From the NCBI RefSeq assembly GCF_009914755.1, contig NC_060937.1: 64,000 bases of DNA, one strand, 5' to 3'. The translations under genes and the position numbers were made by a program. The notes beneath the pieces were generated by a model. The model had not been told where the DNA came from. It ran no database searches and saw only the letters and a program-made list of their open reading frames with translations. Positions 35,330-49,473 of this stretch are shown piece by piece. Origin of the DNA: the human T2T-CHM13v2.0 reference genome, Homo sapiens. Within the stretch, counting starts at the first letter, position 1. Each line of letters begins with the position of its first letter.

Positions 35330-35640
35330 GCATGGTGTTATTAGTTTTAAAACATGGACCCCAAATCCTTTGCCATTTTTCTCTTTGAGCAGTGAGGGGA
35401 AGGATCATTGTTCCCTTTTCTTGATTCTGTGCTCTGTGAAGGCTTGACCCGTAGACTACTTAGAAGTGATGCTGTGCCAGTTTCCAGCCCAGGCCTTGGG
35501 AAACTGCCAGCTTCCGCTTCCTGTTCTCATGGGATGCTTGTGCTTACACACCAGCCAGTATGCTGTGAAGAACTGTGTAGCTTACATAAGATGTGGCCAT
35601 CTAGTTCTCAAGGCCCAGGAACAGGATGTAAGAAGGGAGG
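35330..35640. mobile_element. Old MaLR LTR fragment (MLT1-like)
   Basis: gaagtgatgctgtgccagtttccagcccaggcctt motif. Confidence 0.5.
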
Positions 35641-36171
35641 AAGAAGAAAAGCCAAAGGGAATCCTCTTCCTGTGTCTTTAGGAAGATCCTGGAAGGTGCT
35701 GAAGCTAAATACTTGGTGTTGATCTGAAGTTAGACACTTAGCTAGGGAGACTTGTTAGTATCTTTTTCTTAAGAAACCATGTGCTGAGCTAGAACTAGTA
35801 CTGTAGTACTGTAGTATGGAGGAAGGGGAAAAAGGATACCTGTGGAACAGTAAGAGTCTTCAACACACATGTCTTGCAATTTTCTGTTTCCTTGACTGAT
35901 TATCAATTCCAATTCAATTAACACTCTGTTTTTAGTAAAAACCTACTCAAGTGTTACCTGGGATAGAAATCTTTCCCAGACTGGGAACCTTGAATCATAA
36001 AATGTGTTTGTTTTTTCTCTTTGTCTAGAAATACAAACTTTTCATAATGAATACCTTATCTACTTATTTAGAGAAAAAAAGGAAAATATACAGCAGTAGG
36101 AATCAAAATGAAAAAGCTAGAACTCATCATTAATACTGACCTGATATGTATTTGTACACTGTGAAATGTTA

Positions 36172-36561
<390 letters not shown>

Positions 36562-36699
36562 CTAGGGTCACTCATATCTCTGGATATCTAGCAGGGCTTT
36601 TGAAAAGGGCAAGGGCAAGATCAAATAGGAGAAAGATAGTTTCACAGAGCTGCACTGAGATTCTCCAGATGTTATGCTATTAATTGTTAGTTGGGGTTT

Positions 36700-37445
36700 T
36701 TTTTAGTTGCATTAATTTTGTCAGCCAGTTATTGTTGAAATGTCATCTATGTCTATACATTAGGTTAATGCAAACTATATTATAGATAATTCATAACACT
36801 TGAACCCATTGATTTATTGTAACTTCACCAAAAGGGAGACAGTAGGAAGTACACTTCCCACCTGTGAACTCTTCCCCCTCCCCCACCCCAATCCAACTTG
36901 AATATATTCAAGGCTCTGAGTCTAACTAGCAATCTATATGAAATAGAAATGTAATATGAATGTTAAAAGACACCGTGGGGTTGCATGCAGTTGAACCAAG
37001 AATGTGAGAAATAAGACAGTAAAATGACCAGATCCTTGGCCAGAAAATGGGGAAGGGGCATTACAGATTAAAAGAGTCTTAAGATACAAAAGCCAATCAA
37101 ATGCAGTTTTGGACCTTATTTGGATCCTGATTCAAAGAAATCAGCTGTATAAAGATATTTATGAGATAGAGAAATTTGAATACCAAGTGGATATTAAATG
37201 CTTTTAAGGAGTTCTTGTTTTTTGTGTAGTTGTGTTACAAAAGGGTACTTTATCTCATAGAAACAGACATGTATGTTTTTAAAAGTGAAATGATACCTAA
37301 TTTGGGATTTACTTTAAAAACAATAAAGGGTGGGCCTGGTAGAGAAGTGGGCAAGTAGCATAGATAAAGCCAGAGTGGCTATGTATTAATAATTGCTATA
37401 TATTGGAGGCAGCTTCATGCAAGTTTTTTATACTATTCCATAATA
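36700..37445 (+). mobile_element. Old L1MC/ME 3' UTR fragment
   Basis: ggaccttatttggatcctgattcaaa and related motifs. Confidence 0.5.
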
Positions 37446-37739
37446 AAGCTTTTATAGCATGTCATCTCAATCCTGCTCATTTGAGAATAATTTTAATCCA
37501 CAAGTAGAAAAGTAGTTAATGTTTTGTTTCTCAGAGCCTTTCTTTCATAGAAGCAAAATCTGTGAAAATGCAAAGTGGTTTGATGATATTTTTTTCAGGG
37601 TTTGTTGAAGTCATTTTAGCTTAACTTGCCTGCTTGAAGGTGGGTTTGGTATCTTGAAGCCAAACGTGCAGGATTTAGTGGATGTATTGCTGATTCTTGT
37701 TATTTGTGGCAGTTATGTTCTCTAAAGTCACCTTGATTA

Positions 37740-38318
37740 CTGAATTAGTGAACACTGAATAATTTCCCCTAGGGGAAATACAGGGTTAGGTTCCTGCGAG
37801 CCTTTGCTTATAACATTTTCCTCAGTGGATTAATACATAATTTTGTTTTTTGTGTATTTCTCATTTAATATCTGTGGTTGATTCATTAACAGTGAACTCA
37901 CAATCCTGGCCAACAAGACTATAACACGTGCCTGAGTAAAGCTTATCCCACACACATTTTCTCCAGACAGTACTTCATGGCCTTCTTGCACATGGGAACC
38001 CCAGACAGCACCTAAGGACAATGCTTGATGGGCCATTTCACACCATGAAATGACACACACACACACACAAATGCAAAAAAAGTGACACTAAACAGACCTT
38101 GAAAAGGATGCTTGTTATAGTATGAGCATTGAAACGAGAAGGGAGAGCATCACCTTGTTCAGCCTTAGCATACTGGAGTCTCAAATTTTTCACCTCTCTG
38201 CACTTGTTCACAAAGGACCATGAAAGCGCCTTAAGTATTGATTTTGGGGTTACAAATAAATTTCAGCAAGTAGGCAGATTTGTAAATATGGACTACATGA
38301 GCAATGAGGATTGATTGT
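37740..38318 (-). mobile_element. MER82-like Tigger DNA element
   Basis: gtattgattttggggttacaaataaatttcagcaagtaggc...aatgaggattgattg. Confidence 0.7.
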
Positions 38319-38636
38319 GTATGTTAGATACTAATAAGTTATTTTTCTCCCAGTTTTTGGCTCGAAGCAATTCTGAATATATATGTTAAATATTAGAAGT
38401 TGAAGAGTAGTTATATATTTTGTGAATGGATTGAAGTTGCAGAGTAATGTGAAAAGTTCAAATGTTTTATACAAATCTAAAGTTGACTTATTTGAGCATG
38501 TTATGCTTAATAATATAGTCAACATATATTATAAAACATATATAAAGCACAATATTTTGAATTCTTAAATTGGTATAGATGATCTATATCTGAGTAAACT
38601 TTAAGAAAATGTTTATGTAATGCACACAAAAGATAA

Positions 38637-38915
<279 letters not shown>

Positions 38916-39906
38916 TAAAAAATTAACTCCATAAAGTGTTAAATAAAGATTTAGTTTTTATGCTTGTGCTAAGACATCTGTTAGGAATGACGGATAGTAT
39001 CCCTCTAAAGTTCAATGTCTAGACCTCTGCTTTGTCACTGTTAATACTTTATGTTGGAAATACCACTTTGTTTTTTTCTTGAACCTTTCTAGATGAACTG
39101 TATTTGTCAGTGTGTATGTGCTGTTAAGAAAAATTACTCTAGATATTACAAATAGGAAGTGATACAGTGATTGCAAAATCTTTGGAAGGATGGAGGAAGG
39201 AAGGGTACCCAGAGTGAACTTCGGTGGTGACTCCCACTGCTGTACCACTCAGCCAGGCTCCCAGAGGAACCGGCACCTCTGCCACAGTGAGGACGTTGAG
39301 AATCAAGTGGCTGCCCTTGGAACTGTTGGCTTTGGGGGACATAACTTCCTTAGTTCTAACCAAATCTCAGGAAGCGACTGGCGTTGTAACCGGTGGCTTT
39401 ATTTCCTTCCTTCTTCCCTTTTTTCTTTCATTTAAATTGTGAACTATACAGAAACATACATAGAACACAGGTGAATAATTGAATGTATTATTATAAAGCA
39501 AAAATCAATGTAAACATCAACTGGGCCTAGAAGTATTTACAAAACAGCCAGCTCTTTTTACACTAGCCTCATTTTCTTCTCCTTCTCAATGATTCTGATT
39601 CCCCCTCCATCTTCCCTAGAGCTGTCTCCTATCTGACTGACTTCTCAGAACCTTCAGTTTTCATATCATTCTTCCTTTGAATTACGCATACCTAAGCAGC
39701 ATTATTACTTTTGTTTGTTTTTTAAAACTATATTAATGGGATCGTATAGTATTCGTTCTTTTGTGCCTGGCTTCTTTTTTCAGCATGGCATTTGTGAGAT
39801 TTGTGCTATTTCATGGAACTCCTGTATGATACATTTTCTAAGAAAATGCCACTATTTCTTTATCTGTTAGATTTCTGTAGATAGTTTATTTCCAGTTTTA
39901 TGGAAT

Positions 39907-40360
39907 TTGTGTTAGTTTGCTAGGACTACCATAACAAATGATCATTAACTATAGCTTAACACAACAGAAATTTGTTCTCGTACACTTCAGGAGGCCAGAG
40001 TCTATCATGCAGGTTCCAGCCGAGTGGGTTCCTTCCTGAGGGGTTGGAGGGAGAATCCACTCCATGCCTCTCTCCTGGTTCTGGTGTTGCCGACAGTCCT
40101 TGGTGTTCCTTGGCTTTGGCAGCATAACTCTAATCCCTGCCTCAGTTGTCATATTGCCTTCTCTCTGTGCATCTCTGTGCCCAGGGTTCCCGTTTTCTGT
40201 AGGGACACTAGTCACATTGGATTCAGGACCCTTCCCATTTAGTACGGCCTCATCATACGTGATTTCCTCTGCCAAGATCCTGTTTTCAAGTAAGGTCACA
40301 GTCACAGGTTGTGAGTGGATGTGAATTTTGACACGACACTCTTCAGTCCAATTCACCATT
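39907..40360 (-). mobile_element. MLT1 (MaLR) solo LTR
   Basis: tgtgttagtttgctagg..ccataacaaa start; taaggtcaca near the end. Confidence 0.75.
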
Positions 40361-41535
40361 CAAAAAACACATATGGCCTACAGAGATAAATAGATTAGTA
40401 CTTGCCTAGGACTGGGGTGGGTGAGTGGGGGGATTATGGGCTGATGGCTAAGGGGTGGAATAGGACAGGAGAGACTGAGGAAGGCATACTTATGCCTGAA
40501 AACAGTGTCAACTCTTCTTCCGTTAGGCCCTTGGGGGAGGGGGTGGGGGGGGAGGGGGTGTTGAGTCACTGCAGGCATGAGCTGGGTCGAGCTTAAGCCT
40601 TCCTGCAGTGGTTTTCTCACGTGCACCAAGGGGCCGCTTGTGGGATTTCTGCATGCCTGCTTCATCCTGAGCTTGAGGGCTTGCCTCTGACCCTGTGCTT
40701 CATGGGAGCCGTGTCTTCATGCCTGTGCCTCTTTCCCAGAGGGAGACTCCTGTGGGCCCTGGTTAGCCCTACCATGGGTGCAGGAGGGCTGTTTTCTGTT
40801 CGCTGTGCCGTGGCGGTAGACCGTCCTTGTGTCCTTGAACTTTGAGGTGAGTTCAGTAGTGGCCCTGCTGCTCCCCAGCCGTGGGGAAGCTGATGTTCTG
40901 GGCTCCAGGTGGATTTCTGCCTCTTTCCTGATGGTTATCTTTTGCGTGCTATGGCTTTCTTCATGCTTTTACTCTCGACCTACCTGTTTGAAGACAGTTC
41001 ACGTGTGCCTCTGTAAGCAGTGTATAATTTTTCAGCCCAGTTTGATATGTTTGTCTTGTATCTTGACCATTTGCTCCTTAGAAAGTTGACAGAAATGCTG
41101 GTATTTTTGAGTTTAAATTTCTAATTTTTAAAAATGTTTTCTTCTTGTCCAATCTCTGGCCTTTTTCCTTTTTTTTTCTTTCTTTTGCAGTATTTATCAT
41201 TTAATTTTTTCCTGTACAAGTTTGGGGGTTATAAATACTGCTGATCTTTTGGTAGAACCTCTACATTACAACACACATCCTTAATTTATCAAAAACTGAT
41301 AACAGTGTCTTTTCACCTGAGCTGCCAGACTGACAAGGGAGCTTAGAACATTTAAAGTCCGTTTACTGTCTCCTGACTTGGGTACAATTATCCCCCGAGG
41401 CCATTTCTCTTATTATTTTAGTCATCATTCATTCCATTCCTCCCACATATTTACCTTTCTTTGTCTTTGTTTCTGGTAGTTTCTTTTAGAGGTTTACTTG
41501 GGACAATCTCTTTTTGTTGACAGCCAATGACTTTA

Positions 41536-41772
<237 letters not shown>

Positions 41773-41799
41773 TTATTGAAAATATTATTTCACTGTTTC

Positions 41800-42400
41800 T
41801 GGTGAGACTTCCCCACTCATTCTGCATTCTGCTTATTTGGACATAATTGATTTTTCCTTTTGGTAGCATTTATTAATTTCTGTTTTTGTTAGATTTCCTT
41901 TAACTTTTTGCTGATTCGTGTACATGTATACATGGAATTCATTGAATATTTTGTCTGTAGATTAATGTCTTTTAATTTTTTTTGGAAATTCTCCACCATT
42001 ATTACTTCTGGAACAATCTCACATACACAGATGAATAAACCTATAACTTTCATTTTAGACCTCCTTAATATATCTCTTATGTTTCTTATGCTCTCTTTGA
42101 TATTTTTCATCTTTTTTGGATAATTTCTTCTGTCTTTCTTACCTTCCCTTATGCTGTATTTAATTAATTAATCACCCATTGAGTTCCTGATTTCAATTGT
42201 TTATATTTCAGTTCTGAAATTTCTATTTGGTTCTTTTAAAAGTATGATTCATTGGTTTTTATCTTTTCTTGTCTCCTATTTGAATTTTCAATTTTGACTT
42301 TTATTTTTTGAACATAATTAACTTATTTGTTTTGTAGTACATGTCTGATAATGTTGACATGTGAAGTCTTATGACTACTTGTATTAACTGCTTTTTATGC
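41800..42400 (-). mobile_element. Ancient L1 ORF1 remnant
   Basis: ORF 41889-42110(-): IRDILRRSKMKVIGL...IMVENFQKKLKDINLQ resembles L1 ORF1p. Confidence 0.6.
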
Positions 42401-43978
42401 TGTTTCTTGGTTCTGCTGTTGAGTTCCTGTTGGGCCTTGTTATTATACTGTCATATACAGTTATTTTAAAAATTGTTATTAATCAAAACCTAAGATGATG
42501 GATTCTTTCTTATAGAGATTTTTCAAATTTTTTTCTGCCACATGCCTATGGACAGTAGTATTTGTGACTACGGCAATCTAAGCTCAAAGTGTAAGGCTCC
42601 TTGAACTCCTGAGGGGATACACAGCCCGGTTGCAGTTCTAGAGAATGGTTGGTTTTATTCCAGTTCAGTCTTATCTTGAGGTTGCATTCCTTTATGGTGC
42701 CCACTAAAAGTGGGGGTAGTTTATCAAGGTTCTTTGATAAACTGATACTTTGGTGGCCTCTTATCTTCGTGGTTATGCTTTTGATTTGTTGATGCCACCA
42801 AAAGTATAGCTTATATTCATAGTCCTTTTTTCCTGGAATGGCAAATGACGTTAGGGCAAAAATGGTGTTGAGTGTTGGGTTTGCAAATCTGTGTTTTCAT
42901 CTTGGTTTTGGCTGATCCCTTCCTATATTCTTACCCTGTGATGTTTTTAAGAAGACCTCCCCCATCTCCCATTCCCCACCAGTTGTTTTCTAGTCCCCAA
43001 TAAGCCCAAGTTCCAAGCTGAGTGGCTTTAGAGGTACATTATGCCTATAGATTAAATAAGTTTGTGTCCTGACTCTCAACACCCCCCAAAAGCAGTGAGC
43101 GGGCAGTGGAATGACAGTCTGTGCCTCACTGCTATCTCACTTTTCCTTTCCAAATCTCATGCATTTGCACATCCAGAACCTCATGCAGTCACATGGAAAC
43201 CTCAGCTGTAAGGGAGTCTGGGAATAGGCTTTTTAACCATCTGTATTCTGCAGTGTAAGAGTATACCCTAGAAGGAGTTTGGAGGGAAAGTTCAGTGCCA
43301 GCCCACCATTTTCACATGAATATAATCACCAAAATTTTAATCTGTAAGTTATATGTAAAAAGTTAAAAACATTGCTGTATTTTCATTGTAAAGTATAACT
43401 GTCAAATAATGTGGCTGATTTTCCTTAAGTATGGCAAAAGTGATCTATCTAGATGCATTTTGAGACTAGTATTGTAAATACTTGTAGCATTTTATAGGTA
43501 GTAGCTCAGTAGTTGTTGCTTAAAACTCATACTTCCTTTGAAATCACCTTTGTAGCCTATATTTTATTTTGTGACTATCTTTAGAAGTGACAGAATTTTG
43601 CCTTTTGAAGGTTAATTTGATTTTGATTAAAATGTATCTTTATAACTAAGTATGTCTAATTAGATAATTAGCTGGGAAATCATGTTTTTGGTTAAAGTGA
43701 AGACTTTATTTTGTCATAATGAGAAAAATAGCTTGTAATTTGATTCTGAAGACAATTTGAGACGACTGCAAAATATTTGTATTCTATTCTAGACCAAAGA
43801 GATCTGAGATTTTTTAATTGAGGTACTTATCAGTATTTATGGAATTGACAAATGGGCAGTTTGTTATTCTGTTCTTGTGTTATCTTTTTTTCCATTTGTT
43901 TCTGGCTCATTTATCTCAGGTTATAAGTTTGTTCAAGTTTGTACCATGGTTGTTTCTGGTATAAAACCCGATAGTTGA

Positions 43979-44271
43979 TTTTTTTTTTTTTTTTTAAACA
44001 GAGTCTCACTCTGTCACCAGGCTGGGGTGCAGTGGCGTGATCTCGGCCTGCAAACCTCCGCCTCCCGGGTTCAGGCAATTCTCCTGCCTTAGCCTCCAGA
44101 GTAGTTGGGACTATAGGTGCGTGCCACTACGCCCAGCTAATTTTTGTATTTTTAGTAGAGACAGGGTTTCACCACGTTGACCAGGATGGTCTCAGTTTCT
44201 TGACCTTGTGATCCACCTGCCTGGGCCTACCAAAGTGCTGGTATTACAGGCGTGAGCCTCCGTGCCCATCC
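43979..44271 (-). mobile_element. AluSc-like
   Basis: Antisense Alu with tgtcaccagg deletion diagnostic; TSD tagttgat. Confidence 0.88.
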
Positions 44272-44847
44272 TGTAGTTGATATTTTTATCGAATAATTCT
44301 ATGCAGTTGGTCAAGACTATCTAAGTACCTATGTTTTGTGTATTGGATAGCTTGCTAGGAAATTATGTTCTATACCCTCAAAAAATTATAAAAATATTTC
44401 AAGAAAAAAAATCAAATTCACAAAGATTTTGTCATATTACCAGATCTAATATGACAAAAATTGTGAATCATTAACTCATAATGATATGAATCAATGCTAT
44501 AGAATGTCATGTCCACGTTCGGCCTGAAATTGCCCCACTTCTCACCGGTGGTCTGGGCCCCACACTGTGAGAAAATATTTCACTAATACCTGCGCTTAGC
44601 AAACGTCCCAAGGTCTCTGACTGATTAGAGCTCTTGTTCACGAACAGAGCTCTGATAGTACCTAATGCTGTTAAGCGTGCTATTTAAATAGCATTCTATG
44701 ATATTTAACATCATACTTTGAGACATTTGTCTCCCATTTAGTGTTTAATCATATTTTTCTCTCTTGTGGTTTACTTCCAGTGACTGTGATCCTGTCAGTT
44801 ACCAGAATAAGTTAATTTTAATTTTTTAGAATGTATCTGTGTGATAG

Positions 44848-45267
<420 letters not shown>

Positions 45268-46157
45268 CAAGTGTTCTTTTAATAGTAGACATTCTCTTTC
45301 AAATTTCTTTACTAACCTTAAATTATAATACTTAAGGCACATTCACCAAATTCTTTATCTCCCAAGATATATGTTATCTCTAATTAGTGTTTCAGTTTGA
45401 ACTAGAGGGCTATAATTTTCTTTGTTCTTTTTTTATTTTCTTTGAAATTTCCTGATTGAACTTTCACTTTTTCCAGCTTCAGAACTGTGTTTTGTTTTTG
45501 TTTTTGTTTTTTTTTTTTGGTAACAGAAATGCATCTTCACTTTCTACATTTTCTTAAGAGTGAAATTTGAAATAACAATACAGTTTCTCCATAAAGAGAT
45601 GCAACACTAAGAAAGTCACCGCGTTTGGTGCATTAATAGTTGGTTCCGTTGACTGGTTTTGTTCTCAATCTGGTCACAGTTTATGTAACTGAATTACCTT
45701 TGCTATCTTCACATATTTTTGCTTTATTTTTTTTAAGTCACTGGTTTTCTGTTGCTTAAAGATAAAATTTAAATGCTTTTGCATCACAACACAAGCTTTT
45801 TTTTTTTGTAGCCCTGATTTTTCCCCCAGAGTCCTGTTTCTTGCCAGTGCCGATCTCTGTGTATGAATTGCAAGAGACTCCTTTCTTTTTCCTGAAGGTG
45901 CCTTTCAGTTTGACTTCTTTGTGCCTTGTATCATGCCACTCCCATTGCTTGGAATGTTCTCTGTTCACCTCTCACAGTGAACACTGAGCTATGTATCTAC
46001 CTGCACACCCACACCACACACACCTGTCTCCCCTCTCTGACCATACTTCTCCCTCATCTCACCTCTCTCCACATTTGAAAGATGGACAGCTAGATGGAGA
46101 ACTACTCTACGGACACTAGGATTTTGTTAAAATGCTATTTTATTGAAGTGTATTCTA

Positions 46158-47006
46158 GTAGTCCCCCTTATCCATAGTTTTCCTTTCCAAAGTTTCAGCT
46201 ACACACAGGGTCTACTTCATTTCAAATATATTAAATGGAAAACTTTAGAAATAAACAATTCATAAGTGTTAGATTGTGCACTATCCTGAGTAGTGTGATG
46301 AAATCTCACACCATCCTGCTCCATCCTGCCTGGTACGTGGATCCTCTCTTTGTCTGGCATCTCCATGCTGTAGACACTCCCTCTCCATGAGTCACTTAGA
46401 AGCTACCTCACTGCAATGAGACATGATGGTGCCACTGCACTCCAGCCTGGACAGAGCGAGACCCTGTCTCTGAAAAACAAACAAACAAACAACAACAACA
46501 AGAAAAAACAGAAGGAAAAAAAAATCCGCCTCGGTGATCACATCGACTGTATGATACCTCAGTGCTTATGTTCAAGTCACCTCTACTTTATTTCATAATG
46601 GCCCCAGCATACAAGAGTAGTGTTGCTGGCAATTCACATATGCCAGAGAGAAGCCATAAAGTGCTTCCTTTAAGTGAAAAGGTGAAAGTTCTAGACTTAA
46701 TAAGGAAAGAAAAGAGTCATGTGCTGAGGTTGCTAAGCTCTGCGGTAAGGATGAATCTTCCGTCGGTGGCATTGTGAAGAAGGAAAAGAAATTTGTGCTA
46801 CTTTTGCTGTCAAAAGTCAAACTTCAAAAGTTATGGCCACAGTGCATGATAAGTGCTTAAGATGGAAAAGACATTAAATGTGTGTGTATAAGACATGAAT
46901 AGAAAAGTGTTCTAATTGACAGCAATCATGTTCTATACTATCCACAGTTTCAGGCATTTGCTGGGGACCTAGGAACATGTCCCCCAAGGATAAGGGGGGA
47001 CTACTA
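46158..47006 (+). mobile_element. MER44/Tigger7-type DNA transposon with a nested 5'-truncated Alu (about 46410-46524)
   Basis: TIRs agtagtcccccttatcc / ggataaggggggactact; ORF 46562 (KVLPLSEKVKVLDLIRKEK) resembles a Tigger transposase N-terminal HTH. Confidence 0.8.
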
Positions 47007-47757
47007 TATATGCAATTTGCTGGGATAATTTTAGTTTCTTATTTTGTTGAATGGTAATACTCAGAATTTATAATACTTTGTTTAAAAAAATCTAGTGGTT
47101 CATAAGAGTCTACAATGGAAAAGTTACTCTCCATACCACACTTTTATCACAGCCATTTATTTTTCCTCTGTTGAAGCAACCTTTGTTTTTTTTAACATAC
47201 TAATTTGGGAGTATTCCATGCCTAATTTAAAGCATTATCTTTTTCATTTTAATGACTTCTAATAACCTGTCATAGGGATGTAACAGTCATATAATTTCAC
47301 CAGATCTCTATCGATAATTTTTCCAGTATTTTGCTATCCCAAATAATGCAATTATGAGTGACCCTTTATATCCACTTTGCACGTGCAGAAGTAGAATTGC
47401 TGGGAATATATGTGCTTTTATAAATTAGTTAAGTATTATCAGTTTACCTCTTAAATGAGAGCTTGTTTCTTCTCTCCCTGGCCAAAAGTGTTTTTTGCCT
47501 TTTGATCTTTGTGCGATAGTGAAAAATGGTATATTGTTTTCATTGTTTATCATGAATTTTTCTTTATAGATTCATTTATATTTCTGTGAATTGACTATTA
47601 GATCCTTTGCCCTTTGGGTTTTCTTATTGATGTGTAGGTATTTGCTTATTGTTGGGGGAAATTAGCCCTTTGTGATATTGTCAGAAAGGAGGGGCTTTGT
47701 GAATATTTTCATAGGGCTACAGGGCAGGTGCTTTCTGAGCAAAGACCCTGGCAGTTG

Positions 47758-48120
47758 TGAGAGGTGACAGCGTGCTGGCAGTCCTCAGAGCCCTCGCTCG
47801 CTTTCGGCGCCTCCTCTGCCTGGGCTCCAACTTTGGCGGCACTTGAGGAGCCTTCAGCCCACCGCTGCACTGTGGGAGCCCCTTTCTGGGCTGGCCAAGG
47901 CCAGAGCCGGCTCTCTCAGCTTGCAGGGAGGTGTGGAGGGAGAGGCGCAAGCTGGAACTGGGGCTGCGCTCGGCACTTGCGGGCCAGCTGGAGTTCCGGG
48001 TGGGCGTGGGCTTGGCGGGCCCCACACTCAGAGCAGCCGGGCAATGAGGGGCTTAGCACCCGGGCCAGCGGCTGTGGAGGTTGTACTGGGTCCCCCAGCA
48101 GTGCCAGCCCACCGTGCTGC
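47758..48120 (+). mobile_element. LTR12 (C/D-like) 5' U3 fragment of HERV9
   Basis: Starts with the LTR12 terminus tgagaggtgacagcgtgctggcagtcctc; GC-rich. Confidence 0.9.
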
Positions 48121-49473
48121 ACTATGGCTTGGCCCCAATATTTTCTCTCTGATGGGGAAAAATGGCCACCTGAGGGAAGTACAAATTACAATACTATCCT
48201 GCAGCTTGACCTTTTCTGTAAGAGGGAAGGCAAATGGAGTGGAATACCTTATGTCCAAGCTTTCTTTTCATTGAGGGAGAATACACAGCTATGCAAAGCT
48301 TGCAATTTACATCCCACAGGAGGACCTCTCAGCTCACCCCCATATCCTAGCCTCCCTATAGCTCCCCTTCCTATGAATGATAATCCTCCTCTAATCTCCC
48401 CCCGCCCAGAAGGAAATAAGCAAAGAAATCTCCAAAGGACCACAAAACCCTCCTGGCTATTGGTTATGTCCCCTTCAAGCTGTAGGGGGAGGGGAATTTG
48501 GCCCAACCCGGGTACATGTCCCCTTCTCCCTCTCTGATTTAAAGCAGATCAAGGCAGACCTGGGGAAGTTTTCAGATGATCCTGATAGGTACATAGATGT
48601 CCTACAAGGTCTAGGGCAAACCTTCGACCTCGCTTGGAGAGATGTCATGCTACTGTGAGATCAAACCTTGGCCTTTAATGTAAAGAATGCGGCTTTAGCT
48701 GCAGCCCAAGAGTTTGGAGATACCTGGTATCTTAGTCAAGTAAATGATAGAATGACAGCCGAAGAAAGGGACAAATTCCCTACCGGTCAGCAACCCATCC
48801 CCAGTATGGATCCCCACTGGGACCTTGACTCAGATCATGGGGACTGGAGTCATAAACATCTGTTGACCTGTATTCTAGAAGGACTAAGGAGAATTAGAAA
48901 AAAGCCCATGAATTATTCAATGATGTCCGCCATAACTCAGGGAAAGGAAGAAAATCCTTCTGCCTTCCTCGAGCGGCTACGGGAGGCCTTAAGAAAATAT
49001 ACTCCCCTGTCACCCGAATCACTTGAGGGTCAATTGATTCTAAAAGATAAGTTTATTACCCAGTCAGCCACAGATATCAGGAGAAAGCTCGAAAAGCAAT
49101 CCAGGGCCCTGAACAAAATCTAGAGGCATTATTAAACCTGGCAACCTCGGTGTTCTATAATAGGGACCAAGAGGAACAGGCCCAAAAGGAAAAGCGAGAT
49201 CAGAGAAAGGCCGCAGCCTTAGTCATGGCCCTCAGACAAACAAACCTTGGTGGTTCAGAGAGGACAGAAAATGGAGCAGGCCAATCACCTGGTAGGGCTT
49301 GTTATCAGTGTGGTTTACTAGGACACTTTTAAAAAGATTGTCCAATGAGAAACAGGCTGCCCCCTCGTCCATGTCCACTATGCCGAGGCAATCACTGGAA
49401 GGTGCACTGCCCCAGAGGACGAAGATTCCCTGGGTCAGAAGCCCCCAACCAGATGATCCAACAACAGGACTGA
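48117..49473 (+). pseudogene. gag: HERV9 gag (MA-CA-NC), disrupted
   Basis: [25 protein letters not shown]; major homology region QGKEENPSAFLERLREAL; zinc knuckles CYQCGLLGHF*KDC and CPLCRGNHWKVHC; frameshifts near 48400 and 49100, internal stops; terminal TGA at 49471. Confidence 0.92.

Noticed and set aside
44539-44670. H/ACA snoRNA (two hairpins with an AGAAAA H-like box)
   Set aside because: Stems are too short, there are no clear pseudouridylation pockets and no properly placed ACA; kept only as a generic hairpin finding
46562-46777. Transposase-like ORF
   Set aside because: Short N-terminal remnant in a non-autonomous Tigger element; no DDE domain
47764-48537. 257-aa LTR12-gag fusion ORF as a novel gene
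   Set aside because: Starts at GTG in GC-rich U3; the first in-frame ATG is at 48124; the gag part frameshifts near 48400; the LTR promoter is deleted
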